Source: Cenococcum geophilum
Taxonomy: Eukaryota
Assembly (NCBI GenBank): GCA_050273025.1
Contig: CP158635.1
Coordinates: 26,412,001 to 26,476,000, forward strand
Reading direction: 5' to 3'
DNA length: 64,000 nucleotides
Made by a program: the position numbers and the translations under genes. Positions 11,591-23,757 of the stretch are shown here, one piece after another (the stretch's first letter is position 1; the number at the start of each line of letters is the position of its first letter). The notes under the pieces are model-generated. The model was not told the origin of the DNA, did no database searches, and saw only the letters and a program-made list of their open reading frames with translations.

Positions 11591-14212
11591 CTATCGAATT
11601 TCAAAAATTTCTTGCTTGATTCCCTTCTCGTTCTGGTAAAGTATTGCCTCTCCATTCATCATACCGTGGACGTAGCACTCTCCGAGAAGTCGATAATAGA
11701 CGTGTCTTTCGTTCAATTTCCTTGTATTAATCGCCTTATCCGACTGGAGAAGCCGGTGAGCTCTGTAGTAGTATCTCCAAAAGATGGTTTCTGGCGTAAG
11801 CGAAATGACCGCCGCTATGGCGATGGGTACGAGTGGGATTTGAAGATCTGCGAAGACACCCCGTACTGTCCGATCGCCAATCCTGTTGTGCAAGAGAAGT
11901 AAAATGAAAAGAAGTATGAGTGATACCAAAATCACTTTCTTCCCAGTCTTTATGTACTTTCGAGGCAGCTTTCTTTTCTCTCTCACCCTTTTCCTCTCCC
12001 GAACTATCTTCTGGATCTTCGTGACGGCTTCCGTGATTTTAGCGTTGTATTCCTCCTGGCCAGCTTTGATCTCTGCCTCTATTTCTTTTGGACATTTCTC
12101 CACCCTGCGAAGAACCACTGGCACTGTACAGCCGTATAAAATGCAAATCAGATCGCCTTCTTCAGCATCTTCGTGAACAAGACCGAGTTTTTTGTTTCGA
12201 GTGCGCATGAGGGATCGTCTCCAGATAACAGCTTGAACTCTTCGTAAAAACTCAGCCACGATTGAGCACCTTCCATGATCAATCAGTGCCTCGGTATTAA
12301 TTATTCCGCTCTCTTTGCCTCCCTTGTTTACCGACTCTCTGCAGGCTCGAGGGTAGAATGCTGGAGGGTTTCGGCCATGGGGTCCTCGGTCGGCAACAAG
12401 AGTTTTCCAAAAATCTTGCGGTGGATATAGTTCAGTATTTTTCCAGTTCGCTGCATCAAGCCACTGCACCGGTATATTGCCTCCTTGGGAACCAACCTCT
12501 TTCCTCATGATTTCGTCGAGCCGGAATCCGCTCACATACATGCTGTATGAGTGCATTCTTTTTTTGAACCTTAAAGCGAAGCGATCAACGGTTTTCGCCC
12601 CCGCTGCAGAATAATTTTTCTGGCCAAGTCCAGGAAGGCCAACAAGTGGGTCGGCATTCTTCCGGCCCATTTTCTCCCCTCCCGCCTGCGGGAAAAAGCC
12701 ATGAGCAGAGCAATTCGAACTGGGAATCCAAGAAGGTAAAGCATCATCGTCCACAGCCCCACCAGCCTCTGAACTCGCTGAAGAAGTGTCACCATCCCGC
12801 TTCAACTTCGCCGGAGCCCAAGGCCTACAAATTATGTCCAAGGCACTGGTGGGATCTACTTGTGCTGCTTGACGAATGCAAAATATGGTGAACGTTTGAC
12901 AAATATCTACGACGGGTTGTTCGTAATTTACTCGGTATGGCCTTGCGGTGGTATTCTTTGCCCACCGCTGAATTTGCCGTGCACCAGGCTTCTTGTCATC
13001 AGCATTCTGTTGGCTAGCGGCTCTTGGTGCAGTATCCTTCGCGATTGCCAGCAGCGCGTAAATAGCATCTCGAGGTTCGGTAACATCAAAAACTGTCATT
13101 TTGGATACCAGATACTCGATCCCCAGAAGTGGTTCACGTCTGCGTTTGTCTCCGTCCATAGACTCTCGAAAAAGAGTATTGACTGCTTCGACAAGAACGG
13201 TAGCACCAAGCGCAGAGACGTAACCAAAAAAGTCTGGCACATGGTGGAATTGCTCGTCCCGTCGCATGATTTCAGAGAGACGATGGGTCGCAGACTCCAC
13301 CTCTACGAAAAGTGACACGGCGTCAGCGAAGTCTTGCCAGTCGATGTTGTCGGAGCCGCAGTAGACCTTGGCTTCGCGAGCCAATGCAATTTCCTGGACC
13401 ACCCAGCGCCTTGAAAACCAAGCTCGATTCATAAGATCCAGGAACACCTTCCAATCTTTGCTTGATTCTTGCTTCGCACAGAGTTCGTCGAACTTCCATA
13501 ACTTGATAACGTTGTCACGAATGAAGTTCAAGGCTCGCGCGCTCTCCTTGGTAGCGGTACCAAGCCATACACAGACCTGAGTGGCACCGCCGTATATTTC
13601 GGTCATCATTTGGACCTGTCTATTCCTCTCATCCACATCTTCCTGATTAATACAGATGGCATCAACCCAAAGATTCCTGTCTTTCCCGGGGTATCGGAGC
13701 GAATATAGAGCTTCGGCAAGCGTCCAAGCAATTTTCATTGGATATGACCGCCATTCCCCGGCTTCATTTTTCTCTCGAATCCGGATTTCTACTTTTGGTT
13801 TTTCTGCGTCATCTCCCCAGCACCACGAGAGTGCCTCATATGTCGGGGTTGGTTCGAGTGAAGTTAGGGGGTTTTGTTGAGAGACTGGATCGCCAAGAGG
13901 TTTCTCTGGAGTCCCACCGAACTGAACTGGCAGATCTGATGGTCCTTCCGGCTTCTGTCGAAGTCCGCCTTTGGCACTGCCATTTGCGTTGCCATTTGCA
14001 GCAACATTAGCTTTCCTCTTAGCATTGTCGTCTTCGATCTTTTGAGGGTCGACCTCATTCAATTCGCAAATGATCAAGTTCCTCCCTTCTGCTCCTTGAA
14101 GGGTAAGGAGGCGTAGTGAAGTGTCGGATTTCAAGTTTTTGTAGGAATATGTGTCCGGTTCCTGTACTGTAGACTCAGGCCGCCCGCGTTCGGGGGATTC
14201 GGATTGCGGCAT
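11591..14212 (-). CDS. HET-domain (HET-6-like) heterokaryon incompatibility protein, 873 aa
   Basis: Motifs YEALSWCWG, LWVDAICINQ.D..ERN.QV.MM.EIY, WFSRRWVVQEIALA, PRDAIYALL, LPSWIP, GDLICILYGCTVPVVLR and YRLLGECYVHGMMNGE. Single uninterrupted ORF. Confidence 0.93.
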   Translation of the reverse strand: MPQSESPERGRPESTVQEPDTYSYKNLKSDTSLRLLTLQGAEGRNLIICELNEVDPQKIEDDNAKRKANVAANGNANGSAKGGLRQKPEGPSDLPVQFGGTPEKPLGDPVSQQNPLTSLEPTPTYEALSWCWGDDAEKPKVEIRIREKNEAGEWRSYPMKIAWTLAEALYSLRYPGKDRNLWVDAICINQEDVDERNRQVQMMTEIYGGATQVCVWLGTATKESARALNFIRDNVIKLWKFDELCAKQESSKDWKVFLDLMNRAWFSRRWVVQEIALAREAKVYCGSDNIDWQDFADAVSLFVEVESATHRLSEIMRRDEQFHHVPDFFGYVSALGATVLVEAVNTLFRESMDGDKRRREPLLGIEYLVSKMTVFDVTEPRDAIYALLAIAKDTAPRAASQQNADDKKPGARQIQRWAKNTTARPYRVNYEQPVVDICQTFTIFCIRQAAQVDPTSALDIICRPWAPAKLKRDGDTSSASSEAGGAVDDDALPSWIPSSNCSAHGFFPQAGGEKMGRKNADPLVGLPGLGQKNYSAAGAKTVDRFALRFKKRMHSYSMYVSGFRLDEIMRKEVGSQGGNIPVQWLDAANWKNTELYPPQDFWKTLVADRGPHGRNPPAFYPRACRESVNKGGKESGIINTEALIDHGRCSIVAEFLRRVQAVIWRRSLMRTRNKKLGLVHEDAEEGDLICILYGCTVPVVLRRVEKCPKEIEAEIKAGQEEYNAKITEAVTKIQKIVRERKRVREKRKLPRKYIKTGKKVILVSLILLFILLLLHNRIGDRTVRGVFADLQIPLVPIAIAAVISLTPETIFWRYYYRAHRLLQSDKAINTRKLNERHVYYRLLGECYVHGMMNGEAILYQNEKGIKQEIFEIR

Positions 14213-16508
14213 TTATTGCGACTGGATGCGACATAGATAGCAAGCAAAAAGGTTTGGAGGGCGACACAAAGCGCCGAACCAGGGGGGGCTCCATTCTGAC
14301 TATTATGCCGCCCGCCAGGTGCATCGCGGCTCAAAATGCCAATACACCCGTTCAGACAACCTGGACGCCATTAGGCAGCATCGAAAGCGAATGATGTGGG
14401 GCGAACGCCGATTTTGTCAAAGCCCCAGGCGCATTTGACGGAAGCATCAATGAGTTTTGAACATGTACGTACAGGCAAAACTCCTTAATACGATACCAGG
14501 TATATAACGATACATTTTGTATTACGATCTACACACCCTGATCAAGCCTCCTTTGGTGTAACTATCGAGAATCTGACTTTTGACGATATTGTTAAGCTCT
14601 ACCACCGATATCGGTGTGGCTGGTTGTATGGGAATGGGGTATATCTGGCCCATAAGGAGGGAATTCTATACCCTTTAGGCTTTAAGATCCACTTTTTATT
14701 AAAGTTTTACTGCTTATTCACCCTACACGTGACTCTTGATATAACAATACCATTGGTATTACGATACATTTGGCGCCAAAACCCATATCGTACTAAGAAG
14801 TTTTGCCTGGAGTTTGCCTGCTGATCAGCCCCTGCATGCGGCTGAGAACTCCTGAAAGCTGACAAGGTTGCGACTCAAGAAAGACACAATTTCCTCGCAA
14901 ATCAATCTAGCTGCGATAAGGGGAAACAAATGCATGTGTAGATGTCGCTCGAGATGATAGTAAAACTAAGTGCATACGCTATTTAGATAGAAGAGCTGAT
15001 GGTCAGTAAATCCTAGTGTTTGAGGATAACTGACAGATTGCTTTTATTCGGTGGCGCTCGAGGATGACATGGCGTGTGTCCAGTGGAGAAGGCATGGCGT
15101 CGAGAGAAGCTTTCCTTGGCTAGTTCTGTTCCATGGGTCCAGCCTCCGCACATGCACGAGGCTTGATTGGAACCGAGCTCAACGAGCTGAGACGCAATTA
15201 TTGCGTGCGATTTCTAGCGAACCTAAGCAAGTCTATTTCGAGCTGCCCGGTTTGTTTCATCACTACCTGTCACGAGCGCAACATAAAGGTGCCTCGATTT
15301 TTTTTTTCATGCGCGAACGAGAAGTTTCTGAGGACTGCAGGAGCTCGCATCAAATGCCAGCGCCATGCGAACCCTCGGAACCATTTCGCCGGTATTACTT
15401 CCCATAGAGCTTCCTAAAACATACTAGTTGATCCCAGCCTTGTCCGTCGAGCTCCTTGCCAGGAGCCCTACTTATAAACGCTCCAGATCATGCCGAAATA
15501 ACTGCGTTAGCACAATCCTAAATTCAGCCTTCCGGTTCATGCAGCTAACTGACTAAGTCGTCTTACCGGGAAGATCTTTCCTCGAGCTGGTCAAAAGCTG
15601 TTACAGCCAGTAAAGAAAATGATTGCTCTTCGGCAGACATGAGAAAGTTTCAATGGTAGAAATATTGGGAGCATTATTGAACCGAAAATCTCATTCGCAA
15701 ATAACTAATGGGTTCATGAAGCCTTTTATGTGCATACGAATGTTCTTCCCCCCTAGCCAGCCGGCTAGTATTTGCTCGGGAGATCCTAAGTTCCATTTGG
15801 TTTTGTCAATCAACGCTAGGTATTTTTGGGGTTCAATGATACTCGGGGGTGGCGGTGTTACAATCACCGTAAGCTGTTCCGTTTTAGAGGTGGGAGAAGC
15901 CGTCTTCAAGGTACGAAAGGCCGTTTCGGTGATAGTAAGCAACGCATCAATGACCAATTCGTTGGTGAGCTTATTACCTAATTTATTGTTCATACGCGTC
16001 TCCTTACGGTCCAGGTGTCAATCTTCAACTGAGCAATACTCCCCCGGATCGCGCTTCCAGGATCCCCAAGCAAGTTGATCCATTCCAACATTCTGCCCGG
16101 TGTAGTTTGGCGAGGAATATCCGTACTAGCGCTGGCTTTCTTCTTTCTTTCGAAGAAACTCTTGAAAGGAATCCAGGAATAAAAATTGGCTGCGAACGTC
16201 TTCTGTTTCCTCTGAGTTGTCCTTCTCTTCAATAATGCCAATCAGACGGAGAAACAGCAGTGTAACGCAAGGTGCAAACCATTGAGTCAATGGATACAGC
16301 TATTAATTCAAGTCGCTAGGCTGCCACCCCGCGCAATTTGTTGACCAGACGATTCGGAATGAGAACTCTGTCTATTCAAGCTGGCTCTAGGAGCCCTTTA
16401 TATATATAAGGTAGGTGCAGGTAACAAAGGAGGGGTAAGTTACAGTGTGGTAGGCAACAGCAAATCCGATTTTGGTCGACACAATTGTGGCGACACCACG
16501 ATCCCCTA

Positions 16509-17268
16509 CGGGCACCCGGTGATATAAACATCGGTTTTAGAGGCTATTTGAGCCCTTTCTAAAAGCTCGTAGAGCTTGATTTTAGGGCTATATAGGAGCG
16601 CAATTATCAACCGTTGATCAACCCTTTTTAGAGCTCTAATAGCCCTAATTAGGTAGTATATCACTACTTTGTAGTAGTGCTTTTACATGCAAATACATAA
16701 TATAGAAAAAATACTAAATTAGTCTGCTATATATATACTACCTCGTCTCCAGGCCTCCCTTGTTACCACCTCCGATACCGCCGACAACTCCGACGACTAC
16801 GATAACTTTGCTACCACTTCGTTACTACCTCATGGCCTTGCTTCTCCACCTCTCTGGCTCTGGCTCTGTCCGTCTCTACCGCGATTCTATCTGTTACTTT
16901 ATTAGCTATAGATAGGAAGGAAAGAAGAAGAGAGAAGTGGGGAGGGAGAGGGAGAGAAAGAGGGAGAGGGAGAGAAAGAGGGAGAGGGAGAGGGAGAGAA
17001 AGAGGGAGAGGGAGAGAAAGAGGGAGAGGGAGAGAGAGGGAGAAGCAGAGACAGACACAAAGGAGGGCAGAGAATATATATGTAGATTTCACCACAATAA
17101 GGGGATAGTCGCCAATTTTAGTAGAAATGAGGATAACTCTTTATATAAACTAATAAAAGGTCTATTAAAGCTACTACTATAAAATTGGCTGTAGAGAGCC
17201 AATCTTAATCCTCTAATTATGGCTCTAATAGCCCTAATTATAGGCTATTGAGGCCAATCCTGTGCCCG
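16509..17268. mobile_element. Putative non-autonomous DNA transposon (short TIR, TA TSD), RIP-like composition
   Basis: TA-cgggcac at 16507-16515 and gtgcccg-TA at 17262-17270. Subterminal motif gctctaatagccctaatt at both ~16633 and ~17222. TpA-rich interior unlike the flanks. Confidence 0.55.
16938..17045. repeat. (GA)-rich compound microsatellite (gggaga/gaaaga)
   Basis: Directly visible purine-only tract. Confidence 0.9.
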
Positions 17269-17463
17269 TATAACGTTGACAGAAGGGTTTATCTGTATTA
17301 GTGGATCCGTGACAACGACCCCTGCTCCGCATGACGTCCATAGATTCTGGTTCAGCTCTACAAGTAGCTCACGAGCTCTCATTATACAGCATCGCCCGGA
17401 ATTAAGTGCGGCGTTGATGGGAGTGATTACACTGGCAAATACAGTCGTGCTTATAGGGTGTAG

Positions 17464-17899
17464 CAGTGGTCTTAAGAATATTTTTATTCATTCATTTTTA
17501 TGAATATATTCATTCATAACAAATGATATGCATTGAATATTTTTTTCCTTTATGAATTGAATTATTCATAAGCTTATGAATATACATATAGTAACAAACA
17601 AGGCTTAAACCAGTGAATATTAAGTAAATGGAGTGCTTAAAGTCGTGGATAAGAATAGGGCTTATAGTAGGATGGAAGAAGGAGCTTATATTAGGTATAA
17701 ATGTGGTTAAGAATTAGGGTAGGGTATAGGAAGGCGTTAGCGACGATGATGATTAATTATAACACTATACCAAGACTGGTAATAGAGCTTACCTAACCTA
17801 TATTCATTATATGCATTCAAATCATGAATATTTTGGCGCGCTTATGAATTGAATGAATATTTGGCCAAAATATGCATGCATTCATTACTAAGACCACTG
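17464..17899. mobile_element. hAT-type MITE, 436 bp
   Basis: TIRs cagtggtctta / taagaccactg. Perfect 8-bp TSD gggtgtag at 17456-17463 and 17900-17907. Subterminal atgaata/tattcat repeats. Confidence 0.9.
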
Positions 17900-20054
17900 G
17901 GGTGTAGGAAAAAGTTTCTAGTTGGCTTTAGGAGAGCAACAAATCGAGGAGTCTTCGTGGCCATAGTGAGTTCTTCAAATTATTAGATAGATATAAAAAG
18001 GGGTACAACGTAAATACCGGTAATTAAGTGACCAGTTTTAAGGGTTTTCTGTAAATTAAAATAAAAGCTAAATAGTAGTACGACTGGAAGTAATATTGCC
18101 GTATCTTGTGTTGTATTTAGGTCAAACTGTCGTCGAAAATATTTACGCAATTCAAAGGATAATAATATGACATACCGCTCTTCTTTTTTCAGAGTTAAGA
18201 ATAAAGAGAATATCATTCTCCTTGGGCAGAAATAAACGCCGGATTTGTATAAACTTGCATTAAGAGGCGCCGCCAACAGAGCTGAAGGATCCAGCCGGTT
18301 ACCGATTAGGGGGCCAAACTTTAGGACAGGGTGAAGCGACTTTTCAACCATCCCTGCTATGACCTACCAGTGATTGATGATACTGATTGCGTTGCTCGAC
18401 AAACGCGTGAAACAACGACCACCCTCGAAGCCCCATGAAGCCATCTGACTAGCATGTACTATGTGTACAACCAATTAACTTACAGCCCCGGAGCCCGGGA
18501 CACTGGTGTGTGCTGACCAACCGGCATATACTGACTCACCTGCGTATACTCGATTGGCAAAATACTCAATCGGCAATCGATGAGCGGATAGATCGGAACT
18601 CATATCAAGACATGTAATTATTAATACCGCAAAAAAAGAGTTCTGTTCTCTTGTATGCGGAAACTCCATGAATATCAGCGTGTGGGCCCACAGAATGGAC
18701 AACAAAACCTCCCTCCGACAAACTTCCCAAGATCTTCTATCATGGCATTAGGAGCTTTCTATATGCAGTGTCAGGTGGACCGGGTGACGGCGTCGGGGGC
18801 GCTGAATGGGAGTGAGGAGGAGGGGAGGCGGCCGGATTGCATGAAGTTGAGGGGCCGGAAGCTGCATTGGTATGACGTCATGGCGCTTACGGCTGCGGGG
18901 AAGTCGGTGCTCGCGTTTGCAGTGACGGTGGTGGTGTTGGCGGTCGGGTCTTTTGAGGATAAAGTGAAACAGAATGAAGAGGCTTAGGAGGACCAGGAGG
19001 ACTAGGAGAAGTGGAGGAAGTGGAGGAATTTGGAGAAATCGGAAAGGTCGGAGCGGTCTTTGGGTAAAATCAACAATCGGTCAAAAGAATGTTTGATCGC
19101 TATCATAACACTGTACTATTTAAATGGTCCACATCCTTTAACTAGCTTGAAGTATTTCAATGGATACTTTTGTAGCACAATAGATGTGCGAAGAAAGGTC
19201 TATTGGCAGATTGAGTCTTGCATGGTAGGAATTTCCGTAGATCATAGAGAAGGTTGTAAACAATTTTAACTTGAAATATGTGGAGTTGATACTAGATATG
19301 TAGTAGCCTTTATGTATGGCGGTGAGGAATAGCAAAGGTGATTGCATAGGAAGGTAAACAGGTGCGCTCAATAAGCATTAATGGGCTTGTAAGCTTCTTC
19401 AAGCGACTTTTGCCCTAGCCGTGCCGTGTGCACTTACCTCTGGTAATAGATCGAGAATAATTGATTCGGAATCCGCTTGTCATTTAGTGATTGATAGGTC
19501 AGTGGGACTCTGTTGCTTGTCGGAGAAAGAAGTTAACTAAATATAATCAAAGCCATGGGCGTATATGATGTGGGAATGATACTAGAAGGGAATGTTGTCC
19601 TGCTAAAGGATGTGATGCTAGCACGGACACAGGCCATAGGCTGCACCGGCTATACTTAGATTAGTCAAATTGAAGAACACGAACTCGCTATACGAATTCG
19701 TATTGATGGCGGACAGCTATCTCCTTTCCTGAAGCTTCCATACCATGCCCACGGCCCACGACTGTTTATATGAACAGTAAAGTGTTAAACAAGGGCTAGA
19801 AAACCAAATGAGCTAACCTAGTAAGGCACCCCAAAACCGTACAGATTGTATCTGCACATAAGCCTCTGAATAGAGTGGCCTTCAAACCGCCCCCATAACC
19901 CGATTGAAGTCCTAGCGATCCATAAATACACTTATCTTGGTGAGAAATATCTTCAAAATTCCAACAAAAGCTAGAACCGGCAGAGGGACGAACAAAGAGA
20001 CATTGAACACTCTCAACAGATGTAAACTTCCCTGCTCCAACGATGTTCCTATGT

Positions 20055-20797
20055 CTATGACTTCTCTCTGTGACATGCCATTCCCGTCTTTTTATGCTCG
20101 TGATACAGGCAGGGATCCCTCTTGTAAGGTGGCTTCCCTTTCAACCCTTTCTGACGGAGAGACGAAAGAGCCGCCATAAGCCCCACGACAAACTCCACAG
20201 GGTAGCCACAATTTGAGAGTTGTGCCATTTCGTCGTCAGATGCAGTCCATATCGCCACATCAACCAATAGGTCCCTCAGTGGGGACTGGGGAGGGGTATT
20301 GGAATACACGCTGCACACGATGCCGGGGGTCCAGCAAACCGATTCTTCAAGCACAACTACCTCAATGCATGCGTCTACGATAGCATCTTTGTAGTGCGCG
20401 TCAAGAAGTCTCTCGCCCAATGCGTAGCTCATTAGCAAGCTAACCCATTCTGCGACTCTCTTTACGTCTTCTTCCGTCTCCCCCTCTTTTTCCGGGCTAG
20501 ACTGAATGCTGAACACCTTCCCTGTATACAACCACCGAGAGTATGCCTCAAATAGTGAGGGAGATACTCCGGGAAGGTCCACGACACGCTGAGTTGCCTC
20601 CTTCCATTCGTGGCGAAGGGCTCCGTTGAAGAATTCGGAGCTAGACCGTATGAGTGTCTCGTGAATTGCGAAGTCTTCTGTGCCGGCACGGACGGTAATG
20701 ATGGCTTTTCCCAACCTGATTTCCGATTAGTGAGACGTAATGTGATGACAAAAGGATTTGCTTACTGCGGTGCTCGACTGATCGGAAACCGAATCAT
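20055..20797 (-). CDS. BTB/POZ-domain protein; exons 20797-20766 and 20715-20055 (5' end tentative)
   Basis: FAIHETLIRSSSEFFNGAL..EWKEA..V.LP....FEAYSRWLYTG, YALGERLLDAHYKDAIVD, VYSNTPPQSPLRDLLVD and CLYHEH. Intron gtaag...ctaat...cag is in frame. Confidence 0.85.
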
Positions 20798-21475
20798 AGC
20801 GAACCAAGAGTGTCTACAATGTGCATTCGAGCAAGTTAGGTAATTGTTTGGGTAACGTTGGTGATTGGAGAGCGTGGCGTTCGGAATATCTGACTGGTCG
20901 AAGCTGAATCGGTGATGTTGTGTACAGTTACTCGTGAGAGAATTAGGTATGAGACCGCGAGTATAGCTTGCCTGGTAATTCGTATTGACTTGATCGCCGA
21001 GAAAGAATTGTTCGGCTGGCTTGTTTGAATAGAGCTTGCTTGGTAACAAGTCTAGTATTGGAGTGAAGAAAGTTAAAGAGAGTTGAAGTTCAAATTACAT
21101 TTTGAGATGAAGTGAAGTGAAGTGAACCAATGATTAAACAACTTTAGTGAACCACCATATCTGCGGACTTGAGAGCCGACAGAAATGGCAACTGCAATGC
21201 AGAGACAGAAACTGCGTGGATATGAGCATAATAATACGGAAAAAAAGCAGTAAAATGGATGATCATAATACAAAATGAACTCACAAAAACCAACCCACCC
21301 TTCCATGCAGTCGCTAGCTAGATACCGTACAGAAAAAAACCAATACAAAAATCACCGGGGTATCTTACGGCTAAACGTGCACTCCATCCAATCCAACCCA
21401 ACCCTAACCCAGGCTAGTACATTATTATCCCGTCACCACCACGCACTCAACTATTTGCTCGTTTTCCTCCCATAA

Positions 21476-23757
21476 CTAAATCATATCCCCCTCCTTCCCT
21501 CCCACGACCCCAGATCGGCGAAAAAACCCATAGCCTGCAACCTCTTCCCTCGGCGTGGCCCAAAGTTCCGGACTAGCCACCTCCGCACTACTACTCCTCC
21601 CCGTCTCGTCCGCCTTCTTCTCGTCCGCCTCCTCTCCAACCCTCGTCCCATCATCCTCTTCACCCTCATCCCCATCGCCATCTCCATCCCCACCCTCACT
21701 ATCACTCCTGCTAAACCGGCTCGTGATCCGCTCGCGCACTCTCCCCCTCAGCCTGCCCTCCTCCTCGCTCTCAAACCCCACCCCTCGCTCCGGACCCCGG
21801 TATGCGCGCAGCGTGCGCGCACTTTCGGAGCTGCCGAGCACCGCGTCCGGGCTGAGAGTCGGGTAGGCGGATTCCGACAGCTTGAGCGCGAGCGAGCGCA
21901 GGTCCGCGACTTCGCGCTGCAGCGCCAGGACCTGTTTATCGAGCGCCTTGCGCGCGGCGCGCTCGTGCCGCAGGATGATGTAAACGGCGGCGAACTGCTC
22001 GGTGGGGTTGGTAAGGGGAGTTGTGGAGGATTGCGCGGCTTGGGGGGTGGTGTCGTGGGGTTGTGGTGAGGCAGATGTGGCTATTGGTGGGAAGGGCGTA
22101 ATGTGGATATTTGCGGAGCCGGCAGAGCTGGGCGAGGTGAGGAAGGCTGGAGGGAGGCTTGGGGAAGGAGGGCCGGAGGGCTCTTCTTTGATGCCGAGAT
22201 CATGGGTGCTGGATTTGCTGGACTGGCGGGAATACTCGTCTCGAGCGGTGGAGTTGCTGTGCTGTCGCGAGCGGTGGCCCTTTGGCGCGTTTTCCAGGAT
22301 GATTGTTTGGCGGTGGCTGCGGCCAGTGAGCCGGTGGAGGGACTGTTCGAGGACTTGCATGCCGCATTCTACCCGCTGGATCCGTTCTTCCAGCGTCGGT
22401 GGCGAATCGATCGCCTCCTCGATTTCGTCTTCTGAGGCTTCGAACTCGCTCTTTAGAGCTCCGAAATTGAACGCTTGGATTGGTAGCGGGATGTCGAGCG
22501 GGCCATCGTCGGTTGTTGGTTCAGCCAGTTTAGTAACCATGGGCTCGCTGACCTCTTCTTTCGTATCCTTCGTCCCGTCTTCGTCTTCTTGTGGACGTGG
22601 CGTGGAAGTGCTGTACACGCTCGCTGAACGGTCCATCCCGCTTGTTCTCCAGTATCTTATCTCTGCACTCCGTCTCCTAGGGAGAGAATCTGGCCTTTTA
22701 CTCGATTCACGTAGAGTGCCTGCGCTCCGCGACCTCCGCTTACTATGTGTAGGGCTTGATAGAGCCACTCCGATTTCAGGGGACTGAATTAACTCTGTTT
22801 GGCCTTGCTCATCCCAGGGCATTACCCGTGTGCCTGATCCACTCCGGATCGCTGATGTTGCAACTTCTGCTCCGGAAAGTACGACACTAGGTAGTGTTGC
22901 TCGTCGTCGATGCAATTTTGGTGGTGATTTGAACGCCGGATAGTCGTGTGGTGGACTTCTTTCTTCCGGGGCATTGACATTCATGGGAAAGGGGAGATGT
23001 TGCCCCACAGGATTTATGGGCTCGGGCTCATGGACAGGCAGGCCAGATATTCGCTGCTCTGCTGCAGATGAGCTGTTTGTGCCCACATTTTCTTTCGATT
23101 TTACATGTGCAGGAGTAATGAGTGTTCCCGGATCCTGTAAGTTGTCAGAGGATAAATCAGACCAGAAACCGGCCAACTCACGCTGTGATGGTATCCATGC
23201 TTCTGGGCGGAGTCGCGTTTTACCTCCTCCTTACTCCTCCTCCCGAATATTTTTCGGAAAACGTTCCTCAAACCGCTGCTCCTCTTCTTTTTAGGTGTCA
23301 TCTTTGCTGAGCTGTCAGAGGCAGAAGCGAACGGGCTTGGGCTGTTGTGCGATGCCAATAGATCCAGAGAAGAATGTCTCTGCATCTCGCTGAGATCTCG
23401 GATTCCAGTAGAAGATCTCTTGTGCCGTAATCCCGGGGGACTCTCCTGCAGTTCGGAAGTGGTCTCTACCGGATCGGTGTTGTGGCTTCCAGCATTGATA
23501 CTTTTCTTATGCAGGAGATTTCGTGTGGATGTTGAATCGGTCCGTTGGGGAGTAGGATCAGTGTTTCGTTTGGCCAAATCCTGTTCTTCCTCCTCGGTGA
23601 GGGGAATGGGCCCACTGATTTTCAGATCCCCGCGACGAATGGCTTCGGCCTTCGAGCTCGAGCGCTCCAGTTGACCGCTGACAGTCGGGACAAGAGCAGT
23701 TTCTTGTGGTCTAACCATGGCTACGGGAGCTAGGAAGTGCGGCTCGGGTAGGTGCAT
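21476..23757 (-). CDS. Conserved hypothetical Ser/Pro/Arg-rich protein with coiled-coil segments (~744 aa); exons 23757-23182, 23134-21476
   Basis: Two long ORFs are joined in frame by a 47-nt intron gtgagt...ctgac...cag (HHS|DP). Basic motifs RRRATLPS, KRRSRSA and EIRYWR. Heptad segment ERAARKALDKQVLALQREVADL. Confidence 0.75.

Noticed and set aside
15050..16290. Fragmented minus-strand ORFs (15691-15993, 15990-16241)
   Set aside because: They look coding-like but are interrupted and match no family I recognise; insufficient support for a pseudogene call.
16811..17182. LPLSLP / ERERKR repeat ORFs
   Set aside because: Translations of the GA microsatellite.
18655..19070. 110-aa ORF followed by a degenerate 9-bp gga-rich repeat
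   Set aside because: No homology cues or reliable gene model.
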